The notes beneath the pieces were generated by a model that was not told the origin of the DNA, made no database searches, and saw only the letters and a list, made by a program, of their open reading frames with translations. From the NCBI GenBank assembly GCA_017541305.1, contig JAFXZJ010000033.1, positions 25,978-89,977 of the forward strand: 64,000 bases of DNA, read 5' to 3'. Source of the DNA: Clostridia bacterium. GTDB taxonomy: Bacteria > Bacillota > Clostridia > Christensenellales > CAG-138. Both the position numbers and the translations under genes were made by a program. Shown here one piece after another: positions 1-11,636 of this stretch (the stretch's first letter is position 1; each line of letters starts with the position of its first letter).

Positions 1-1854
<1,854 letters not shown>

Positions 1855-1855
<1 letters not shown>

Positions 1856-2319
1856 TGTGCGATAAAACCCTGACAGTTACGGTCGATTCCGAAAAGGATA
1901 TGCACGCGCTGGGCGTGAAGGTTGGGGAGAGGCTCTTTCCGGGAGCCTTTACGGCTTTTTTCGGCGGCTTGGGCGCAGGCAAGACCACTATGACAAAGGG
2001 CATTGCGCAGGCTCTCGGGATCGAAGGCATATTGAGCCCCACGTTTACTATCGTGCGGCATCACGAGGGAAAACTCAAGCTCGATCATTTCGACGCTTAC
2101 CGCATCGAGGATCCTGACGAGCTGTATGCAGTCGGCTATGAGGACTATCTTTCCTCGGGCGGGGTCGTGGTGATGGAGTGGTGCGAGAACGTACCCGAAG
2201 CGCTTCCCGATAAAAGGCTGGAAATACATATAGAAGGCTCCGGGACCGATCCGCGCAGGATCGAATTCCGGGCCGTTGGCGAAGAATATGCTTCTATTCT
2301 GGAGGAACTGCAAAAATGA
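1855..2319 (+). CDS. tsaE: tRNA t6A37 biosynthesis ATPase TsaE
   Basis: P-loop GGLGAGKTTMTKG and small size. ATG at 1855 overlaps the tgt stop (TGATG). The listed start at 1852 is a TTG one codon upstream. Confidence 0.85.
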
Positions 2320-2993
2320 CGATACTCGGTATCTCTACTTCCTCAAAATATGCTTCCGCGGCGGTGGTGAAAAACGGCGCGGTCGTTTCCTTTCACAGCG
2401 AAAACGGACAGCAAACAGGCCGATCCCATTCCGAAATGCTGATGGAGCTTATCGGAATGGCGCTGGCTGACGCCGAAGCGGATAAAAAAGAGATCGGCGC
2501 GATAGCCGTGGATATAGGCCCGGGCTCCTTTACGGGCGTTCGCATAGGCGTTTCATGCGCCAACGCGATGGCTTTTGCGCTGAGTATTCCGGTGATACCC
2601 GTTTGCTCGCTTACCGCAATGTGCCTTGGCGACGATATCTTTATCAGCGAGATCGAAGCGCCCGATGATACCGGATCGCTTCCTGTGATACACGCCGCGC
2701 TGATAGACTGCCGAAACGGAAACTGCTATGGAGCAGCATATGATTCGGAAATGAACGAAGTGATCGCGCCCTGCGCCGCAGTGACGGCGGAGCTTACTGC
2801 ACGGCTTCCCGAAGGCGCCGTTATGATCTCGGGCGACGCCGCCGAGGGCACGAAAAAGGACGCGCATTCCTATCCCAATGCTAAACAGGTGCTGAACGCG
2901 GCTTTAAGGCTCGGTATCCCCGCCGTCAAACAGGCGGTACCGATGTACCTTCGTCCCTCGCAGGCGGAACGAATGAAAAAAGCCGACAGCTGA
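2316..2993 (+). CDS. tsaB: tRNA t6A37 biosynthesis protein TsaB (YeaZ family)
   Basis: GPGSFTGVRIG motif. ATGA overlap with tsaE. Typical tsaE-tsaB order. Confidence 0.85.
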   Translation: MTILGISTSSKYASAAVVKNGAVVSFHSENGQQTGRSHSEMLMELIGMALADAEADKKEIGAIAVDIGPGSFTGVRIGVSCANAMAFALSIPVIPVCSLTAMCLGDDIFISEIEAPDDTGSLPVIHAALIDCRNGNCYGAAYDSEMNEVIAPCAAVTAELTARLPEGAVMISGDAAEGTKKDAHSYPNAKQVLNAALRLGIPAVKQAVPMYLRPSQAERMKKADS

Positions 2994-3257
2994 TCAGCTC
3001 TTTGCGGCGGAAAGCGCCTTGTATTTTAGATAGGTCGCATAGCCTCCTCTTATATGACGTTCTTCTTTGTTTATCTCGAGTATTTCCGCAACCTCATGCG
3101 CCAAGGCCTTATCCAGCTGCCTGAGCCTTGAGGTCATATCCTTATGCACTGTGGATTTTGAAACTCCGAATTCTTTGGCGGCCCTTCTGACGGTCGCCTT
3201 TGTTTCTATTATGAAAGAAGCGACGTCCATCACACGAGTTTCGATATAAGCTTCCAT
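2994..3257 (-). CDS. spoIIID: stage III sporulation protein D (small HTH regulator)
   Basis: 87 aa starting MEAYIETRV. HTH segment TVRRAAKEFGVSKSTVHKDM and conserved tail HIRGGYATYLKY. ATG at 3257 chosen over the upstream ORF-track start. Confidence 0.85.
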   Translation of the reverse strand: MEAYIETRVMDVASFIIETKATVRRAAKEFGVSKSTVHKDMTSRLRQLDKALAHEVAEILEINKEERHIRGGYATYLKYKALSAAKS

Positions 3258-3287
3258 ATGATACTGCCTTTCGATTGTTCTTCTGTA

Positions 3288-3316
3288 AGTATATGCCGCA
3301 GTTGCGATCGTTATAC
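3288..3316 (-). promoter_or_regulatory. candidate sigma-E-type sporulation promoter upstream of spoIIID
   Basis: On the minus strand, GTATAAC, a 14-nt spacer, then CATATACT. This resembles the Bacillus sigma-E consensus (xHATAxx-14-CATACAHT). Spacing was counted by hand. Confidence 0.3.
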
Positions 3317-3375
3317 TATGCGGGCAATGTATTGAAAATGACGCGAAAAACAAAAATTATATTGCTTATCATATG

Positions 3376-3404
3376 TTGCCTTTGCCTTCAAAAAGAGGTA
3401 TAAT
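3376..3404 (+). promoter_or_regulatory. sigma-70-like promoter for the VanW-family gene
   Basis: TTGCCT, 17-nt spacer, TATAAT. Confidence 0.4.
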
Positions 3405-3436
3405 GATATTTGGATTTTAATGCATGGAGGTCAGCT

Positions 3437-5122
3437 GTGACTGAACACAGTGCTGAATATAAAAGAATAATGTCAGCAAGAAAAGACAAGGAGCAGAAAA
3501 GGGAACGCGTTATAGAGCGCATCATGCTTTATACCGGTATCGCTCTTGCGTCCTTGTGTGCGCTTTTGATAATCGTCGATCTGCTTATCAGGGCCGATCA
3601 TAACAAAGCTGTAAGGGATTATCACGATAACAACTGGTTCGAAGTAATGCTCGTTCCCGGCGGAAAGTCGATAACCGGAAAAGCCGACGGCGAAGAGTTC
3701 AGCTATGTTGACGACGGGCGTTATTTTGACGGGATCAGTATAGAGGGCGTTTCCATAGGCGGAATGACCTATGATGAGGCGCGCCGCGCGATGATCGACG
3801 TCGTGCAGGAAAAGCTCAACGATATAAGCATAGTCGTCACGGTTAACGAAGCAAGCCTTGCTTTGAGCGCGAGCGATTTCAATTTAACCGCCAACGTAAG
3901 TGAAATACTCGAAGAAGCGTATTCGCTTGGCCGTGAAAGCATAAACGATTATATCTCCAACTACAAAAAGCAAAAGGAACTTTTAGCGGCGCCTGTCGAC
4001 TATTCGATAGATTTCAAATGCGACCGTTCGGGTATCGAAAAGCGCGTGGCGGAGATCGCCGAATTCGTTAACAAGACTCCCGTGGAGCCCTATATCACCG
4101 TAAGTCAGCGTCCCTCGGCGAATAATGATTCCGCCGTCTCCAACGACGAGCCCATAATAAGGGATAACGATACGATAGTCGAAAAGATCTATGCCGATAA
4201 CGGCAAAGCGATCGCCTATATCTACTATAATCCCGGCAAGGAAGGCTTCGTGCTCAATCAGGAGGCAATGGTCGACCGAATCATGAACGCATTCGAATCC
4301 GAGGATTTCGACTGCGTGATTTCCGCCGAGCTTGAGAAGACAGAGCCTTCGAAGACCCCGTCTGACCTTAAAGGCACCATCAAAAAGATAACCAGCTACA
4401 CCTCTGAATTCGACCATGACGATAAGCATATGAACCGCTGCCGCAATATTCAAAAGGCCGCGGGCATACTGAACGGCTGCGTCGTCAAGCCCGGCAGGGA
4501 GATCAGCTTCAACGAATACGTCGGTCCCCGCACCGAAGCCGGCGGTTGGCTGCGCGCTCCCGGCATCACGGGCGGTAAGGAATATGAGGACAGCCCGGGC
4601 GGCGGCATCTGCCAGGTTTCCGGCACCCTTTACAACGCGCTGCTGCAGTGCGGTCCCAATAAGATCAAGATCACCAAGCGTCAGCATCACAGCTGGCCCA
4701 GCACCTACGTGCCCTTCGGCCTTGACGCAACGGTCGATACCAACGGGCCCGATCTTAAATGGAAGAACGTTTCCAATGACAGCCTTTACATATTCACCTA
4801 TGCTGACGTGAAGAAAGGCAAGATGTACGTCTACATTTACGGCGTGCCCGAGGAGGACGGCTCATATTACGAGACCTGGGCCGAGACGGTGGAGGAGAAG
4901 GAGCCCGAGGAGCCCAAGATCACCAAGGATCCGCTGCTTCCCAGCGGCTATGAGAAGACCCTGATAAAGGCAAGAAACGGCTATACCGCGAAAGCCTATC
5001 TCAAGCACTTCGATAAGGATGGGAATCTTATCGAAACCAAATATCTCTATACCGACACCTACTATCCCGTAAGGGGTGAGATCGCGGTCGGCACCGGTCC
5101 TTCCTCGCTTCCCAGAAGGTAA
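3437..5122 (+). CDS. VanW family protein with N-terminal membrane anchor
   Basis: TM segment IALASLCALLIIVDLLI. C-terminal VanW-like core GGWLRAPGITGGKEYEDSPGGGICQVSGTLYNALL. GTG at 3437 sits 6 nt after GGAGG; the ORF-track start is a TTG at 3410, so the start is uncertain. Confidence 0.8.
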   Translation: MTEHSAEYKRIMSARKDKEQKRERVIERIMLYTGIALASLCALLIIVDLLIRADHNKAVRDYHDNNWFEVMLVPGGKSITGKADGEEFSYVDDGRYFDGISIEGVSIGGMTYDEARRAMIDVVQEKLNDISIVVTVNEASLALSASDFNLTANVSEILEEAYSLGRESINDYISNYKKQKELLAAPVDYSIDFKCDRSGIEKRVAEIAEFVNKTPVEPYITVSQRPSANNDSAVSNDEPIIRDNDTIVEKIYADNGKAIAYIYYNPGKEGFVLNQEAMVDRIMNAFESEDFDCVISAELEKTEPSKTPSDLKGTIKKITSYTSEFDHDDKHMNRCRNIQKAAGILNGCVVKPGREISFNEYVGPRTEAGGWLRAPGITGGKEYEDSPGGGICQVSGTLYNALLQCGPNKIKITKRQHHSWPSTYVPFGLDATVDTNGPDLKWKNVSNDSLYIFTYADVKKGKMYVYIYGVPEEDGSYYETWAETVEEKEPEEPKITKDPLLPSGYEKTLIKARNGYTAKAYLKHFDKDGNLIETKYLYTDTYYPVRGEIAVGTGPSSLPRR

Positions 5123-5187
5123 ATCAGTTTATTATTCGGGCTTGCCCGATCAAAGATGAATAATATGAAAGGGATGTAAATTCAAAA

Positions 5188-6366
5188 ATGGATTACACAA
5201 AACTCATCGTTAAAGCTGTCCAGGACGTTCCGCCCTCCGGCATTCGCAAGTATTTTGACATCCTGACTGACAAGACCATAAGTCTTGGCGTTGGCGAACC
5301 CGATTTCCCCACCCCCGAAGCTATCAGGCAGGAAGCTCTCGAGCGTCTTTCTCACGGACGCATCCCGTATTCCTCCAACAGCGGTATGCCCGAGCTTCGC
5401 GAGCTTATAAGCAAGTACCTCGACGCGCGTTACGGCGTCCATTACGAAGCCAACGGCGAGATACTCGTTACCGTCGGCGCAAGCCAGGCGATCGACCTTG
5501 CCATCCGTGCCCTCATCACCAGGGGCGACGAGGTGATCATCCCCGAGCCTACCTACGTTGCTTATAATCCCGGAGTTATATTTGCGGGCGGTGTTCCCGT
5601 AAACGTCGTTACCACAGCCGACAACAAGTTCAAGCTCACCGCCGAAGCGCTCAAGGCGGCCATAACTCCCAGGACAAAGGCCCTGCTGCTTCCGTTCCCC
5701 AACAACCCCACCGGCGGTATCATGGAGAAGGAAGACCTTGAAGCTATTGCCGAAGTGCTCCGCGGCACCGATATCCTCGTTCTTGCCGATGAGATCTATT
5801 CCGAGCTCACCTACGGCGGCAAGCAGCACGTTTCCATCTGCTCCCTTCCCGATATGCGCGAACGCACCGTCGTGCTGAACGGCTTCTCCAAGGCGTTCTC
5901 CATGACCGGTTGGCGTCTTGGTTACGCTGCGGCTCCCCAGCCCATAATCGCCGCTATGACCAAGATCAATCAGCTCACCATGCTCTCCGCGCCCACTCCC
6001 GCGCAGTATGCCGGCATCGCCGCGCTGCGTCAGGGCTTTGAGACCGATTGGCGCGATATGAAGGCCATGATGAATGAGTATGACCGCCGCCGCCGCGTCA
6101 TAATCGACGGCTTTAACGAGCTCGGCATGACCTGCAACGAGCCCGAGGGCGCCTTCTACGTATTCCCCTCCATCGCGGTTTCCGGCCTTTCGTCCGAGGA
6201 GTTCTGTGACAGGCTTCTTGCCGAGCAGGACGTCTGCATGGTTCCCGGCACCGCCTTCGGTCCCAGCGGCGAAGGCTACGTAAGGTGCTGCTATGCCACC
6301 GATATCGAGGATATCCGCGAGGCTCTCAGGAGGACCAAGGTGTTCCTCGAATCCCTTAAGAAGTAA
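5188..6366 (+). CDS. class I/II pyridoxal-phosphate aminotransferase (aspartate/aromatic type)
   Basis: PLP-lysine motif GFSKAFSMTGWRLGY and NPTG motif. 392 aa. Strong C/T-ending codon bias. Confidence 0.88.
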   Translation: MDYTKLIVKAVQDVPPSGIRKYFDILTDKTISLGVGEPDFPTPEAIRQEALERLSHGRIPYSSNSGMPELRELISKYLDARYGVHYEANGEILVTVGASQAIDLAIRALITRGDEVIIPEPTYVAYNPGVIFAGGVPVNVVTTADNKFKLTAEALKAAITPRTKALLLPFPNNPTGGIMEKEDLEAIAEVLRGTDILVLADEIYSELTYGGKQHVSICSLPDMRERTVVLNGFSKAFSMTGWRLGYAAAPQPIIAAMTKINQLTMLSAPTPAQYAGIAALRQGFETDWRDMKAMMNEYDRRRRVIIDGFNELGMTCNEPEGAFYVFPSIAVSGLSSEEFCDRLLAEQDVCMVPGTAFGPSGEGYVRCCYATDIEDIREALRRTKVFLESLKK

Positions 6367-6469
6367 TAATGAACTAAACTTCCCTGCTTATCAAAAATAA
6401 CCCTTGACAAACAGGGGAGGGCTATATAAAATTAGCAGGTATATTTATCCCACAAAAGGAGTTGCTCAA

Positions 6470-8101
6470 ATGAAATCCAAAAAGACCATCGTGCGCATCA
6501 TTGCCGTTGTGATGCTTTCCGCCATGATCGCGGGCGTCGTCGGCTGCAATGCTTCGTACAACACGAACCCCAAGGTAATGAAGGTCGGAAGCGTAGATAT
6601 CGATTTCGCTCGCTTCGCTACACTTTATAACAACACCGATTCTTCTTCGAATCCCTATTATCAGTATCTGCAGTACGGCATGATCACCCGTGAGCAGTAT
6701 GCGAATTACATCATCGAAGACCTTACGAATTACGGCGTCCAGATGGATCAGATCAAGGTCCAGAACATCACTCTCGATGAGACCGAGGAGGCCGATCTTC
6801 AGAAGGAAGTCGACGATAATATCAAGGATTATGCTGTGAAGAATTACGGCTCCAAAGTCGATTCCTCCATCAAGGAAGCCGACGCCAAGGCCGAAGCCGC
6901 CATCGAGCTTCTCAAGCAGGATCTTAAGGACAACGGCAACAGCTTTGATAATTACCGCAAGAACGTCGAGGAATCCCTTCGCAATAACGCTCTTATCGAA
7001 AAGCTTCGCAAGACCGCTGTTGGCGAGATCACCGTCGGCAACGACGATCTCAAGAAGTACTTCGAGGATAACGCAAAGACGAGTACCGTTTCTTCCTTCA
7101 AGTCCGCTATGGACAGCTTTATAAACAACCAGTCCAAGTCCATCCCTCTTGCGATGCCCCATCCCGAAAAGGCCGTTGAGGACGATCCCGAGACCGAGGA
7201 TAAGGACGAAACCAAGGAAGCCAATCCTTACGGCGAGTTCTTCTCCGTTCAGCATGTTCTGATCAAGTTTGCCAGCGAAGCCAAGGACGATGACGCCAAG
7301 GATCTTCCCGACTATGCTTCCAAAGAAGAGGAATTCGTAGCAAAGGCCAACGCTTTTGAGGCAGAGCTGCCCAACCTTACCACTGAGCAGTTCCTCGATA
7401 AGTGCCATGACAAGAGCGTTTGCGAGGATCCCGGCATGCTCACTCCCGTTTATCAGTTCTTCGGATATCTGATGCAGGAAGAGCTCATCGATTCCTATTA
7501 TGAAGGATTCGGCTATGCGGCCATGAAGCTCAATTTCGGTGACGAGTGGCAGCCCAAGCCCGAGGAGAATACCGATAAGGAAGCGTCCAAGACCGAAGCC
7601 AAAGAATATCCGGTGGATTTCTTCACCCTTTCCGACGGCGGCAAGGTCGCCAAGGTCTTCACCACTGTTGGCGCTCATTACATCATTGTCAACCCCAACG
7701 ATGCGTTCTGCATGTATGATGAGGACGGTTACTTCATGCTTCCTCTCTATGACGGTGAGAACGTCATGACTGACGGTGAAGGCATCGTTACCGCTAACGG
7801 TCATATGACCCAGGAGCAGTTCGACGCCGTCAATTCCTTCATGGCTCTTATCACGGCAAAGGCCGAGGATGATAAGGCGGATGAGGATACCGAAGAACAG
7901 GCCGACGAAACGACCGAAGAGCCCGAAAACACCGAGGAGACCGAAGAGGTCATCGACCTTAAGGCCATCTATGATTATTTCCTCGGCATCAAGAAGGATT
8001 CCATGGAGTCTGAGAAATACGCTTCCATCTTCAATGAGTGGAAGGACAAGACCAATATCAGCGTGAACAGGAGCCTGCTTGCTCCCTTCTTCCAGGGCTG
8101 A
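6470..8101 (+). CDS. secreted lipoprotein with degenerate PrsA/parvulin-like region and acidic tails
   Basis: ATG at 6470 after AAAGGAG. Signal peptide plus lipobox (MIAGVVGC). Segments SVQHVLIKF and TTVGAHYIIV resemble the start and end of a parvulin fold. D/E/T-rich low-complexity stretches. Confidence 0.7.
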   Translation: MKSKKTIVRIIAVVMLSAMIAGVVGCNASYNTNPKVMKVGSVDIDFARFATLYNNTDSSSNPYYQYLQYGMITREQYANYIIEDLTNYGVQMDQIKVQNITLDETEEADLQKEVDDNIKDYAVKNYGSKVDSSIKEADAKAEAAIELLKQDLKDNGNSFDNYRKNVEESLRNNALIEKLRKTAVGEITVGNDDLKKYFEDNAKTSTVSSFKSAMDSFINNQSKSIPLAMPHPEKAVEDDPETEDKDETKEANPYGEFFSVQHVLIKFASEAKDDDAKDLPDYASKEEEFVAKANAFEAELPNLTTEQFLDKCHDKSVCEDPGMLTPVYQFFGYLMQEELIDSYYEGFGYAAMKLNFGDEWQPKPEENTDKEASKTEAKEYPVDFFTLSDGGKVAKVFTTVGAHYIIVNPNDAFCMYDEDGYFMLPLYDGENVMTDGEGIVTANGHMTQEQFDAVNSFMALITAKAEDDKADEDTEEQADETTEEPENTEETEEVIDLKAIYDYFLGIKKDSMESEKYASIFNEWKDKTNISVNRSLLAPFFQG

Positions 8102-8118
8102 TAATCAAATCGCACACG

Positions 8119-8145
8119 ACCCGCCGCGAACGCGGCGGGTTTTTA
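8119..8145 (+). terminator. rho-independent terminator
   Basis: GC-rich hairpin CCCGCCGCG/CGCGGCGGG followed by TTTTT. Confidence 0.7.
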
Positions 8146-8154
8146 AATTCATGC

Positions 8155-8193
8155 TTGACAAACTGTTCGAAGTGTATTATGATTACTAATACA
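8155..8193 (+). promoter_or_regulatory. promoter with overlapping palindromic operator (YtrA/GntR type)
   Basis: TTGACA (8155-8160), 17-nt spacer, TATGAT (8178-8183). Inverted repeat TGTATTA-N7-TAATACA (8173-8193) covers the -10 box and fits the GT..AC GntR operator pattern. Confidence 0.55.
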
Positions 8194-8218
8194 GTAATAT
8201 AAGGAGGTGGGATAATAA

Positions 8219-8611
8219 TTGTTTACGATCGACAAGATGTCCAGAACGCCGATCTACGAGCAGTTGATTGCCCAATTCGAATCCCGCATCTTGAGCGGCG
8301 ATATCAAACCGAACGGCTTGCTTCCTTCGGTGAGGTACCTGTCTCAAACCCTTAATATCAACCCCAATACACTGCAGCGCGCTTACACCGAGATAGAGCG
8401 CAGAGGGCTGTGCTACAGCGTTCCCGGCAGCGGCAGGTATTTAACGGGCGACGCATTGGAAAGGCTGAGGCAGGATTCGCTTATACAAACGGGCGAGCTT
8501 CGTGAGGTTTTGCAGTCGCTAAAGCAGAAGGGCTTCGGCCGGGATATGATACTCGGCGTAGTGGATGAGATATATACAAATAAAGATGAAAGGACGGATA
8601 TCTCCGAATGA
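8219..8611 (+). CDS. GntR family transcriptional regulator, short YtrA-like subtype
   Basis: 130 aa. N-terminal winged HTH (PIYEQLIAQFESRILSGDIKPNGLLPSVRYLSQTLNINPNTLQRAY). TTG start 11 nt after AAGGAGG. Overlaps the next gene (ATGA). Confidence 0.85.
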   Translation: MFTIDKMSRTPIYEQLIAQFESRILSGDIKPNGLLPSVRYLSQTLNINPNTLQRAYTEIERRGLCYSVPGSGRYLTGDALERLRQDSLIQTGELREVLQSLKQKGFGRDMILGVVDEIYTNKDERTDISE

Positions 8612-9522
8612 TCAAGGTAACCGATCTGACAATGAAATTCGGCAGTTTCAAAGCGCTCGACAAGCTTAACTGCTCTATTCCCGACGGCTGTATCTATGGC
8701 ATGGTCGGCTCCAACGGCGCGGGCAAATCGACCCTTATGCGTCTTATAAGCGGCATATATAAGCCCAACGAGGGAAGCATACTGATCGATGGGAAGAACG
8801 TTTATGATAACGTTGACGTCAAAAACCGCATCGTGTTCGTGCCCGATGAGCTGTTCTTCCTGTCGGGAGCGAATCTTTTGAGAATGGCAAAGCTTTATTC
8901 AAACATTTACAGGAACTTCTCTTATGACAGATTCAAAGAGCTCATTAACGTGTTCAAGCTCGATCCCAACAAGAATATAGCCACCTTCTCAAAGGGAATG
9001 AGGCGTCAGGCGGCAACGATACTGTCGCTTGCCTGCAGAGCGGATTACATACTCTTTGACGAGACCTTCGACGGGCTGGATCCCGTAATGAGGAATCTGG
9101 TTAAGAATCTGCTGTATGACGACGTACTCGAGCGCAGGGCGACTGCCGTTATAACAAGCCATTCTCTGCGAGAGCTTGAAGACACATGCGATCAGCTTGC
9201 GCTGCTGCACAAGGGCGGGATCATATTCGAGAGCGAGATCGACAATCTCAAGACCTCGCTGTTCAAGGTCCAGGTTGCTTTCGGCGACGAATATGACAGA
9301 CGAAAGTTCGAAGGCTTCGACGTGCTCTCGTTCAGCAAGCAAGGCAGCGTATCTTCGCTTATAGTACGAGGCGACAGGGAGGAGACCGCGGCCAGGATAA
9401 ACGCGATGCAGCCGATACTCTTTGAAATGCTTCCTCTTTCGCTCGAGGAGGTATTCGTATTCGAAATGGATGCGCTGGGTTATGAGTTCTCCGACGTACT
9501 CAAGGAGGAGGTGTTACAATGA
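8608..9522 (+). CDS. ABC transporter ATP-binding protein
   Basis: Walker A GSNGAGKST, signature-like FSKGMRRQ, Walker B ILFDETFDGLD. Confidence 0.9.
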   Translation: MIKVTDLTMKFGSFKALDKLNCSIPDGCIYGMVGSNGAGKSTLMRLISGIYKPNEGSILIDGKNVYDNVDVKNRIVFVPDELFFLSGANLLRMAKLYSNIYRNFSYDRFKELINVFKLDPNKNIATFSKGMRRQAATILSLACRADYILFDETFDGLDPVMRNLVKNLLYDDVLERRATAVITSHSLRELEDTCDQLALLHKGGIIFESEIDNLKTSLFKVQVAFGDEYDRRKFEGFDVLSFSKQGSVSSLIVRGDREETAARINAMQPILFEMLPLSLEEVFVFEMDALGYEFSDVLKEEVLQ

Positions 9523-11591
9523 GCCGCATTATTCATAAGGGCTATTTCAAAGAGATGTTCCGCCAGCTGATGGTGATCGGGATCGTTTCCGCGGGCATAT
9601 TGATGATAGGTAATCTCACGTCCATTCTCCAGCATCTCATACAAAATGCGGTGATGCTTATGCCCTCGGCGGAGGAGATGGCCTCGCCATTAAAGATCTA
9701 TGTCTATGTTGCGGGTGTTATACTCACATTCGCTGCGTTCGGCTGGCTAAACAAACGTGCCCGCTGTGATTTCTATCACAGCATACCCGTTTCAAGAACA
9801 CAGATGTTCTTCTCCACGGTGCTTGCCGAGGTCTGCTGGATGTTCATTGGCATTTTAGCGTATTCGCTCGTCTTCGTGATAAGGAGCATAGCTTTCGGGG
9901 CTCCCTTTAACTATTTCCTCTTCTTGTGTGTTGTAGTGAATATGCTTATTGCCTCGGTCGAGGTAACGGCGGCGGTCTCACTCGCCTGCGCAATATCGGG
10001 CAACAGGTTCGTCAACATAGTCGCGGCAGTCGTGATCCTATTCATGCCAAGGCTTCTGCTGTCCTGCCTTTCGTGGTTCAGCATAATAAACGATCCTCAG
10101 CTCGTGCCCGGCGCAATGTCGATATTCTTCGATCCCAGCTATAATATCATAGCTGTTCCCTATGCATTCAACGCCATGTATAACGTGCCGGTTAACTATG
10201 CCAACGGATGGGCGATGCTCTACACATGCGCCTATACTGCGGGTCTTATCGCGCTTGGTTGGCTTGCATTTAAAAAGCGCAGATCCGAAATGGCGGGGCA
10301 GGCCACTACTCATCCCGTAATCCAGGCTGTCATCAGGATATCGCTCGGAATACCGCTCCTGCTTGTGGTTTCCCTGCTCCTAATTGAAACCGAGATGGAA
10401 GGCTTTGCATTATTCATCGCTCCGGTGCTGGTCATAATCTCGTTTGTGATCTACTCACTTTATGAGCTAATATCAACAAAAAGCGCCCTTAAGATGGCAA
10501 AGGCAATGCCTCTGTTCCTCGTGTGCATAGCGGTATCCGCAGCATATGTGTTTTTACCCAAGCTCATCGGATCCGGCGACAGGAACGCTAAGCTTACCGC
10601 CGATGATATCGTCGGTTATACGTGCCTGAACTATTCCGAGGGCGATTATTTTGAAACCATGCTGCTGGGTTCGGGCTTCGATTCCACCTATGCGGACGTG
10701 ATGCTGCCCGAATACACGTTTACCGATGCACAGAGCCGCGAGATAATAGCCGGCGCTTATCACCGCGAATCGGGTTATCCGATGACCGTGAGGATCAAGA
10801 GAAATTCGGGACACGATATCACCAGGATACTTCATTTCACGGACATCGAGGAACGCACACTTGAGATGCTTCGTGACGAAAACGAAGATTATAAAGCCGA
10901 GGCGCACAGCTTCCCGAAGGGCAGCAGATTCTATTCCTGCAGCGATCTTTCAAGAAGCAGTTCGGCTGAGCTTGCAAAGGTATTCGAAGAGGAGTTCAAC
11001 GCTCTTTCGGACGCCGAGAAGGACGTAATAACCAACAGCCTTTTAAATTACGAAGGTGTTGGCCCCAATATCACGCTGGCAGGCTGTATCGGAGCAAAGA
11101 ATTACCGAAATGATTTCGATCTGACCGAGCTTACGCCCAAAAGCCTCAGCATGTATCTTAAAAAGGTAAACGAGAATTCGGGCAAAAAGGCGCTGAATAC
11201 GCTTGGTGAGATCGAAAACTGGTTCAATAACGGCGGTGAAATGCGTGAATTCAGCATAAATATCTCCGGTAAAGCCGAGGGCTACATAAACTCGTGGAAT
11301 ATGGTTTATTCCGATTTCTACGATTATTCCACTAAGCCCGAGGAATACACCAAAACTCCCGCTCAAACCGATCCGGACTATCTTGAGATCGTATCCATGC
11401 TCGCAAACGCGCCTCTTACGGACGACGTCAACGATTACGTTTACGTTACCGTATCCGGAGACATGATCAACGTAATGGGATTGCTCCAAGGCAATATCGG
11501 CTCGGCAGACGGTTTCAGCATGGCAGTCAAGCTTACGCCCGAACAGATTTCTGAGCTTAACCGACTGATACCGAGGTTGAGCAGATGGTAA
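9519..11591 (+). CDS. large polytopic membrane protein with ~330-aa C-terminal soluble domain (putative permease partner of the ABC ATPase)
   Basis: Overlaps the ATPase stop (ATGA). The N-terminal ~350 aa contain many hydrophobic helices. I recognise no motif in the C-terminal half. Confidence 0.75.
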   Translation: MSRIIHKGYFKEMFRQLMVIGIVSAGILMIGNLTSILQHLIQNAVMLMPSAEEMASPLKIYVYVAGVILTFAAFGWLNKRARCDFYHSIPVSRTQMFFSTVLAEVCWMFIGILAYSLVFVIRSIAFGAPFNYFLFLCVVVNMLIASVEVTAAVSLACAISGNRFVNIVAAVVILFMPRLLLSCLSWFSIINDPQLVPGAMSIFFDPSYNIIAVPYAFNAMYNVPVNYANGWAMLYTCAYTAGLIALGWLAFKKRRSEMAGQATTHPVIQAVIRISLGIPLLLVVSLLLIETEMEGFALFIAPVLVIISFVIYSLYELISTKSALKMAKAMPLFLVCIAVSAAYVFLPKLIGSGDRNAKLTADDIVGYTCLNYSEGDYFETMLLGSGFDSTYADVMLPEYTFTDAQSREIIAGAYHRESGYPMTVRIKRNSGHDITRILHFTDIEERTLEMLRDENEDYKAEAHSFPKGSRFYSCSDLSRSSSAELAKVFEEEFNALSDAEKDVITNSLLNYEGVGPNITLAGCIGAKNYRNDFDLTELTPKSLSMYLKKVNENSGKKALNTLGEIENWFNNGGEMREFSINISGKAEGYINSWNMVYSDFYDYSTKPEEYTKTPAQTDPDYLEIVSMLANAPLTDDVNDYVYVTVSGDMINVMGLLQGNIGSADGFSMAVKLTPEQISELNRLIPRLSRW

Positions 11592-11598
11592 ATCAACA

Positions 11599-11629
11599 GA
11601 GCCCCGCATCATCGCGGGGCTCCGTTTTC
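11599..11629. terminator. stem-loop terminator between convergent genes
   Basis: GAGCCCCGC/GCGGGGCTC hairpin followed by CGTTTT. Confidence 0.7.
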
Positions 11630-11636
11630 TAATGCG

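Noticed and set aside
7195-7960. Acidic repetitive stretches in the lipoprotein gene as possible tandem DNA repeats
   Set aside because: This is amino-acid compositional bias (D/E/T/K-rich) without a repeating nucleotide unit. It is consistent with a disordered acidic tail.
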